Shown here piece after piece: positions 57,423 through 64,000 of a stretch of DNA of 64,000 bases. The DNA comes from Minisyncoccota bacterium (GTDB lineage Bacteria > Patescibacteriota > Minisyncoccia > Phycocordibacterales > UBA12088), in assembly GCA_041920275.1 (NCBI GenBank), contig JAYRSE010000001.1, positions 2,004 to 66,003 of the forward strand. The letters are read 5' to 3'. The stretch's first letter is position 1, and every line of letters starts with the position of its first letter. Below the pieces are notes generated by a model that was not told where the DNA came from, made no database searches, and saw nothing but the letters and a program-made list of their open reading frames with translations. The translations under genes were made by a program, and so were the position numbers.

Positions 57423-58769
57423 TCACTGCGCATCTCCGTGTGCGGTCTCGTTCGTGCAGGTTTCGTGTACGATGTCGATGTGTGCCCCGAGCGTGCGCAG
57501 GCGGCCGGCGATATCTTGGTATCCTCGATTGATCATGTAGACGTTGCGGAGCACCGATCTCCCGGTGGCGCCAAGCATGGCAACAAGAAGCACCGCTGCG
57601 GGACGAAGCGCCGGGGGTGCCATGAGTTCCGCCGGACGCAAACGAGTTGGTCCTTCGATGAAGATGCGATGGGGATCGGCAAGCATGGTCTCCGCACCGA
57701 GTTTGTCGAGTTCGGTGAGGTATATTGCCCGTTTCTCGTACATCCAATCGTGAATGAGCGTCGTCCCTTTCGCCTGTGTTGCGATGACCGCAAAAAAGGG
57801 TAAGTTGTCCATATTGAGGCCCGGGTATGGTCGCGCATGTATCTTGTCTTCGACCGCGGTGAGGGTGCTCGGATGTGTCCTGATATCGACAAGTCTGGTC
57901 CGCTTGTTGTACGACCGGTACCGACGCACGATGTCATACTTGAAGCCCATTTTCTCAAGAACGAGAAGTTCCTGCTCCAAGAAATCGATCGGTGCGCGGG
58001 TGATGAGTATTGATGAGCGGGTTACGATCGCCGCGGAAAGGTAGAACATCGCCACTACCGGATCCTCGGAAAGCTCGTATACGATGGGGACGGAAATGCT
58101 CCGCTTTCCATGGACCACAAGCGTGGTGGTACCAACCCCTTCGATGCGCACCCCGCATCGTTCAAGGTAGTGGCATACTTCTTGCACCTGATAGTTTGCG
58201 CTCGCGTACTTTATGGTGGTCTTTCCCGAGATGCTTGCGGCGGCAAGTAGAGCATTCTCCGTTGCGGTATCGCTCGATTCGTACATCACGATCTCGGACG
58301 GGTAGAGACCGCCGTGGGTCACGTGCCACCACCCGTCCTTCGTGTCTATGGAAACACCGAGGCGTTCGAGTGCATAGAAGTGAGGGCGCACCGTTCGGCT
58401 GCCCAGGCGACACCCGCCCGCGTGGGGGAGTTTAAAGTCCTTCAGATGAGCGATGAGCGGTCCGATGAACATGATGATCGAACGTGTCTTTCGAGCCGCA
58501 TGCTCGTCCAGTTTTTCAAGGTCAAAGTGTTTCGGAGGGACGATCACCATGTCGTCCTTTTCCCACACAATGGAAACACCGATCGATTCCAGTACTTCCA
58601 CCAGGCGTTTTACTTCCTCGATGCGCGGCACTCGACGCAAGGTCGTCGGTGCTTTATTGAGCAGTGCGGCGGCAATGAGTCCCATGGCGCCATTCTTAGA
58701 GGTGTCGACCCGGATGGACCCGGTGAGTGGGACACCGCCGTTCACGACAAAATGCATGCTTTGTTCCAT
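57423..58769 (-). CDS. murA: UDP-N-acetylglucosamine 1-carboxyvinyltransferase
   Basis: SKNG, LPHAGGCRLG.R (Cys retained), PYPG, LR, RGY. Confidence 0.93.
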   Translation of the reverse strand: MEQSMHFVVNGGVPLTGSIRVDTSKNGAMGLIAAALLNKAPTTLRRVPRIEEVKRLVEVLESIGVSIVWEKDDMVIVPPKHFDLEKLDEHAARKTRSIIMFIGPLIAHLKDFKLPHAGGCRLGSRTVRPHFYALERLGVSIDTKDGWWHVTHGGLYPSEIVMYESSDTATENALLAAASISGKTTIKYASANYQVQEVCHYLERCGVRIEGVGTTTLVVHGKRSISVPIVYELSEDPVVAMFYLSAAIVTRSSILITRAPIDFLEQELLVLEKMGFKYDIVRRYRSYNKRTRLVDIRTHPSTLTAVEDKIHARPYPGLNMDNLPFFAVIATQAKGTTLIHDWMYEKRAIYLTELDKLGAETMLADPHRIFIEGPTRLRPAELMAPPALRPAAVLLVAMLGATGRSVLRNVYMINRGYQDIAGRLRTLGAHIDIVHETCTNETAHGDAQ

Positions 58770-59062
58770 ATGTTCGGCAGTATAGCATGCGGTGGCGACC
58801 GGTACGATAGGCACATGTGCCATGCTTTCGGCGCTTGCGTGAACATGGGTCGGGAACGTATAGTATCGACATGGGAGACAATACGAAAACGCGGGCCTAT
58901 GTGGCATTCGCCCTCTCGATCATCTCGGCGGGTATCGCGATCTTCATCTTGAGCTACACGTTGTAAGTCGTTTGCCACCAAGCGTTGTTTTTTGGGTCGG
59001 ACGTCACCCCACGAACCGGCGGAACTGGATTATTCTCCGTTTTCTGTATATGCTTTGAGTGC

Positions 59063-60076
59063 ATGAACTTCTTTGCACCGAAGCTTGGCATTGATCTGGG
59101 CACCACCACAACGCTCGTGTATGTGCCCGGCAAGGGTATCGTGTTCAATGAACCATCCGTGGTGGCCGTTTCGTTGCAGGATCGCCGAGTGCTTGCGGTC
59201 GGTACGGAAGCGAAAACCATGGTCGGGAAGACACCCGAGACGATCGTCGCATACCGCCCCATGAAGGATGGAGTGATCGCGAACTACCATGTGACGGAGA
59301 TCATGCTCGCGTACTACTTCCGTAAGGCGCTTGGTCGATTTAATCCGTTCAAGCCCGAGGTCGTGCTTTCGGTTCCCGCCGGCGTCACTTCGACCGAGCG
59401 TCGTGCGGTCATCGAGGCGGCGGTCAAGGCGGGTGCACGCCATGCTTACGTCATCAAGGAGCCGGTCCTTGCCGCGATCGGTGCCGGTATTCCGATACAT
59501 GAACCTCGTGGACACATCGTGACCGACATCGGGGGAGGAACCATCGATGTCGCGGTCATTTCGCTCGGTGGCATCGTCGCGTCGACGTCGGTCAAGTGTG
59601 CCGGCAATCATCTCGATCGCGCGATCCAGGACTATGTCAAGAAAAAGTTCAATATGGCCATTGGTGAGAAGATGGCCGAGGAGATCAAGATCACGATCGG
59701 GTCGGCACTTCCGCTCCAGGAAGATCTGGTCATGGACGTGAAAGGGCGCGACATCATCTCCGGTCTCCCGCGAACGGCCGAGATCGCGACCATTGATGTG
59801 GTGCGGGCGACCGGCAAGGAGCTGCGTGAGATGATCGAAGCGATCAAAGTGGTGCTGCAGGATACACCACCCGAGATAGCGGCGGATATCATCGATCGAG
59901 GCATCATCATGACCGGTGGCACCTCGCAGTTGCGCAATCTCGACGAGTACATCTTTCGGCGTACGGGCGTACGGGCCACGCTCGCCGAACAGGCGCCCTT
60001 GTGTGTGGCGCGAGGAACGGGTATCGCGCTTTCGCACCTTTCGACCTACAAAAAGAGCCTCTCCACCAAACGGTGA
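59063..60076 (+). CDS. mreB: rod shape-determining protein MreB/Mbl
   Basis: IDLGT, NEPSVVA, DIGGGT, TGG. Confidence 0.95.
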   Translation: MNFFAPKLGIDLGTTTTLVYVPGKGIVFNEPSVVAVSLQDRRVLAVGTEAKTMVGKTPETIVAYRPMKDGVIANYHVTEIMLAYYFRKALGRFNPFKPEVVLSVPAGVTSTERRAVIEAAVKAGARHAYVIKEPVLAAIGAGIPIHEPRGHIVTDIGGGTIDVAVISLGGIVASTSVKCAGNHLDRAIQDYVKKKFNMAIGEKMAEEIKITIGSALPLQEDLVMDVKGRDIISGLPRTAEIATIDVVRATGKELREMIEAIKVVLQDTPPEIAADIIDRGIIMTGGTSQLRNLDEYIFRRTGVRATLAEQAPLCVARGTGIALSHLSTYKKSLSTKR

Positions 60077-60132
60077 GATACTATCCACGGTCACGCAGCG
60101 AACATGTCGGCATTCTGGGGTATACTGGTGTC

Positions 60133-62907
60133 ATGTCCGACCAGATCGTTTTTTCCCACGAACGTGGCGACACGCGGTTCCATTCGCCCGAGGAAGAGAT
60201 CGCGTTCCTGCGTGCGCAAGTCGCCGAGAAGGAGCGCCAGCTTCTGGAAGCGGGACATCCCGCGGACAGAGAAGCACTGGCGCATGAAGAACTGATGCGC
60301 TACCGGGAACGTCCCGCACACGAAGTGCTGCACGAACAACATCGAATCGCAACCCATGAGGTGGAAGCGATCGCGCTCGGACTTCCGCCCGACAACGTCG
60401 ACGATGGCGTCATGTGGGAGCTTGTCGGCGTGGTTCGTGAGAGTGGTGTGCGCAATGCGCTCGCGGTCACCGAGCGCCTTGCCAATCCCCATGTCGAAGA
60501 CGATTTCCATAAGGTGCTCGTACAGTACATCGCGAACGGATACCCGATCGAAAAGTTACCGACGAACGGTCCGCTCTGGCAAGCGCTCCATATGGCGCTG
60601 TACGAGGTTACTTTGCCCGATCCGGCAAAGGACGAACGTGAGCGTCCCTTGAAGGAGATCGTGTCGGCTATGGAACAGTTCTACTACGGTATGCTGTCGG
60701 TCGCGGCGGATCGGTACGGTAAGGAAGACCGTTACTTTTCGCTCGAGGTGGCAGTGTCGGGTGACCGTGAGGATATCGTGTTCTATCTGGCGATCCCTCG
60801 TGACAAGGAGGACCTCTTCGAGAAGCAATTGCTCGCCGTCTTCCCGAAAGCGCGTGCGAGACATGTGCCTCAGGATTACAATGTCTTTTTGCATGACGGG
60901 GCCGTTGCGGTCGCGTCGGCTCGTTATGCGGCCGAATCGATCCTGCCGCTCAAAGACTATGAATCGTTCGATCATGATCCGCTCTCCGCATTCATCAATG
61001 CGCTTACGAAGATCGCACCGGTGGGAGAAGGTGCGGCCATACAGTACATCGTGAACCCCGTGGGAGACAAATATGACAAGCGGTATCGCAAGATACTTGA
61101 AAAATTGGAACGGGGTGTGAAGCTCAAGGATGCCATACGGGACACGCCGGAGGGTGTTGGAGGTGAAGTGCTGAAGACCTTGAGAGAGATCATCCGAACG
61201 GAAAAACAGGAAAAAGACAAAAAAGAAAAGGAACGAGAACCGGTCGATCAGCTACTGGTCGAGTCGGTCAAAAAGAAGATCGCGACCCCGGTGATGGCGA
61301 TCAATGTTCGTATCGTCGCAAGCGCGGCGAACGAGATGCGTGCGGAGAGTATTCTTGGGGATCTGATCGCAAGTTTCAATCAGTTCCAGAACACCACGGG
61401 AAATCGACTGGTGTTCGATCGGAAGTCGGGCGCGAAGGCGCTCATGCAAGAATCGAAGCGATTCATATTTCGTGAATTTGATTCCCGTGAGGCGATTCCC
61501 ATGTCACTCCGAGAACTCACCACGCTCATGCACTTTCCCACCCATGCGGTCTCACACACTCCGCAACTTAAACGGGTGCAGGCCGCGCTCGCGCCCGCTC
61601 CGCTCGACATGCCGACGGATGGCACCAAGATCGGGGTGAACACGTACCGCGGGAAGAGTACCGACATTTTTCTCACCGACGAAGATCGCCTGCGACATCT
61701 CTACATCATCGGACAGACCGGTACCGGAAAGTCCGGTTTCATTCGAACGCTCATTCGACAAGACATCGAACGTGGCGCCGGACTGTGCTTTATCGATCCG
61801 CACGGTACCGATGTGCAGGAGATACTTGAGGTGATCCCCGAGCACAGGATGCAGGACGTCATTTACTTCGATCCATCGGACACACAGCATGTGCTCGGCC
61901 TCAATATGCTCGAGTACGACCCGAAGAAACCGGAACAAAAGACATTCGTCATCAATGAGTTGTTCTCGATCTTCAAGAAACTGTACAGCAACTCTCCAGA
62001 GAGTATGGGGCCGGCATTCGAGCAGTATTTCAGAAACGCCACCGCACTTGTCATGGAAGATCCGGCCACGGGGAACACGATGCTCGACATATCGCGAGTA
62101 CTTGCGGATGCGCGATACCGTGAGGTCAAGCTCTCGCGGAGCAAGAACCCCGTTGTCAATCAATTCTGGCGTGAGATCGCGACCAAGGCGCAGGGCGAGG
62201 CGTCCCTTGCGAACATTGTGCCGTACATCACCAACAAGTTTGACATCTTTACTGCAAACGACATCATGCGCCCCATTATCGCACAGCAGACCTCGGCGTT
62301 CCGCATGCGTGAGCTCATGGATTCGCGCAAGATACTCCTGGTCAATCTTTCAAAAGGGTTGTTGGGAGATATCAATGCGAACCTGATCGGCATGATATTG
62401 GTCGGCAAGATACTGATGGCGGCGCTTTCACGGGTAGACTCCATCGGACTTGATCTCCCGCACTTCTACCTGTACATCGATGAGTTCCAAAACATTACCA
62501 CCGACTCCATCAGTGCGATCCTGTCGGAGGCGCGAAAATACAAACTTTCGCTCACCGTGGCGCACCAGTTCATTGCGCAGCTGGATGAGCGGATTCGGGA
62601 CGCGGTGTTCGGTAACGTGGGATCGATGGCGATCTTTCGTGTGGGATATGAGGATGCGGACTTCTTGGCAAAACAGCTCGCGCCGGTCTTTGAAACACAG
62701 GACATTATGAACATAGAGAACCAGCACGCCTATGTTCGTTTGCTTGCGCGCGGCGTGCCTCAAAAACCTTTTTCAATAAAGACGCTTTGGTTCGAGAAGG
62801 GAAGCTCGGATCGTGCGGAGCATATGAAGCGGGTCTCGCGGCATGCGTACGGTCGTGCTCGAGAGGACGTGGAACGTGAGATACAGATGCGGTACGGGAT
62901 CAGTTGA
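60133..62907 (+). CDS. VirD4/TraD/TrwB-like coupling ATPase
   Basis: RHLYIIGQTGTGKS, IDPHG, LYIDEFQN, SEARKY..HQ..QL. Confidence 0.88.
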   Translation: MSDQIVFSHERGDTRFHSPEEEIAFLRAQVAEKERQLLEAGHPADREALAHEELMRYRERPAHEVLHEQHRIATHEVEAIALGLPPDNVDDGVMWELVGVVRESGVRNALAVTERLANPHVEDDFHKVLVQYIANGYPIEKLPTNGPLWQALHMALYEVTLPDPAKDERERPLKEIVSAMEQFYYGMLSVAADRYGKEDRYFSLEVAVSGDREDIVFYLAIPRDKEDLFEKQLLAVFPKARARHVPQDYNVFLHDGAVAVASARYAAESILPLKDYESFDHDPLSAFINALTKIAPVGEGAAIQYIVNPVGDKYDKRYRKILEKLERGVKLKDAIRDTPEGVGGEVLKTLREIIRTEKQEKDKKEKEREPVDQLLVESVKKKIATPVMAINVRIVASAANEMRAESILGDLIASFNQFQNTTGNRLVFDRKSGAKALMQESKRFIFREFDSREAIPMSLRELTTLMHFPTHAVSHTPQLKRVQAALAPAPLDMPTDGTKIGVNTYRGKSTDIFLTDEDRLRHLYIIGQTGTGKSGFIRTLIRQDIERGAGLCFIDPHGTDVQEILEVIPEHRMQDVIYFDPSDTQHVLGLNMLEYDPKKPEQKTFVINELFSIFKKLYSNSPESMGPAFEQYFRNATALVMEDPATGNTMLDISRVLADARYREVKLSRSKNPVVNQFWREIATKAQGEASLANIVPYITNKFDIFTANDIMRPIIAQQTSAFRMRELMDSRKILLVNLSKGLLGDINANLIGMILVGKILMAALSRVDSIGLDLPHFYLYIDEFQNITTDSISAILSEARKYKLSLTVAHQFIAQLDERIRDAVFGNVGSMAIFRVGYEDADFLAKQLAPVFETQDIMNIENQHAYVRLLARGVPQKPFSIKTLWFEKGSSDRAEHMKRVSRHAYGRAREDVEREIQMRYGIS

Positions 62908-63067
62908 GCGATCGTGAGATGTCGTACCCACACGGTTCCTCCATGGTCCGAACCGTCTTTCTTGTTCATGAGAGGTGTTATGCATAACTCGCTTGATTTC
63001 CATCGTGCGCGAGTCGTACACTGGAGCATATGCACACGGTCATGACCTCGTTCGCACCGATCTCGTT

Positions 63068-64000
63068 ATGATAGGTGATCGATCAAAGCGATTGTTGCGC
63101 GTGTTCGGGCCATACCTGGGCATGTTGGTCGCCGCGGTCGGACTATCGTACGTGAGCACGACCATACCGTGGGTATCGGCATTGTTCCTGGGACCATCGG
63201 GCCATGAAGGATTCTTCGCCGAGGGTTTCTACCTCTCACTCGCGTTACTTTTTTCGGTCGGATACGGACTGAATTGGTTCGCTCCACGTACCGCGGTGCC
63301 GTCTTTCGTGTGGGCGATCGTATTTGGCATGGCGCTTCAGACCCCGCTCATTTCGCTCACCGCACATACGGAGAGTCTGCTCGTGGTGATAGAGCTCCTC
63401 GCAGCTTTCGTTCTGTTCGCCGGTGGTGTGGAGGTTCCCATTAAGAACTTCAAGAAATATTTCGCACCGATCGCCGCGCTCGCATGTTTCGGCACGATAC
63501 TCACGGTTCTGTTGTTCGCGTACGCTCTTTCGGGACTCACCACTCTGCTCGGGCTCGAGGTTCCGATCATGGCACTTCTGGTACTCTCGGCGATACTCGC
63601 ATCGATCGATCCCACGGCCATCATCCCCACATTGGACCGCATTCATTTCAAAAAGCCGTTCTTGCGCGATATTGCCGTTTCGGAGAGTGCGGTCAATGAT
63701 GTGGTGGGGACCATGGTGACCCGTTTCTTTTTAGTGGCGGCACTCGGTACGTCTGCGACGATCGCGAGCGTGCATGAGGGATTTTTTCCGATCTTCTCGA
63801 AGGAGGTGCTCGAGAGTTTTGCGCTCGAAGTGCTGTGGGGTACGCTCATCGGACTGCTCGGCGCGTGGATCCTGCGCACCTGGGGCGAATCCGTGCGCAC
63901 AATGCATTGGAGCGATCCCGCACTCTTCTTTGCGGTGCCGATATTTTGTTTCGCCCTGGGTTCGCTGGTCGGCGGCTCGGGTTTTCTTGCGGCGTTCGTT
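63068..64000 (+). CDS. cation:proton antiporter (CPA1/NhaP-like), 3'-truncated by window edge
   Basis: Frame open from ATG 63068 to the end; LFAGG, ASIDPTAI, ESAVND, SGFLAAFV. Confidence 0.85.
   Translation, partial: MIGDRSKRLLRVFGPYLGMLVAAVGLSYVSTTIPWVSALFLGPSGHEGFFAEGFYLSLALLFSVGYGLNWFAPRTAVPSFVWAIVFGMALQTPLISLTAHTESLLVVIELLAAFVLFAGGVEVPIKNFKKYFAPIAALACFGTILTVLLFAYALSGLTTLLGLEVPIMALLVLSAILASIDPTAIIPTLDRIHFKKPFLRDIAVSESAVNDVVGTMVTRFFLVAALGTSATIASVHEGFFPIFSKEVLESFALEVLWGTLIGLLGAWILRTWGESVRTMHWSDPALFFAVPIFCFALGSLVGGSGFLAAFV

Overview
Bacterial chromosome segment (TGA used as stop; mostly GC-rich). It is most consistent with Patescibacteria/CPR (Parcubacteria-like); this is inferred from gene content such as an orphan VirD4-like ATPase next to mreB, helicase-degenerate PriA, short HolB, and a cytochrome b5 plus ferric-reductase pair. 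Housekeeping genes include tRNA-Ala(TGC), mscL, rlmN, rplU, glmS, htrA, recR, dnaB, holB, frr, rseP, fmt, def, priA, murA, mreB and rmuC. There is a complete nine-gene V/A-type ATPase operon whose K subunit carries a Na+-type motif, a CsoR-family regulator with its operator, a DUF2892 gene and an RND pump, and a P-type ATPase with altered ion-binding motifs. A ~6 kb island with a type III restriction-modification system sits at the tRNA-Ala 3' end. It has no integrase, and both ends carry homologous multi-hairpin elements built from copies of the tRNA 3' end. A second family of ~130 bp TIR-bounded palindromic elements occurs 3-4 times. Many core genes appear leaderless (-10 box 6-10 nt before ATG), whereas small orphan genes carry canonical SD sequences. 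No CRISPR array, rRNA or transposase was seen.
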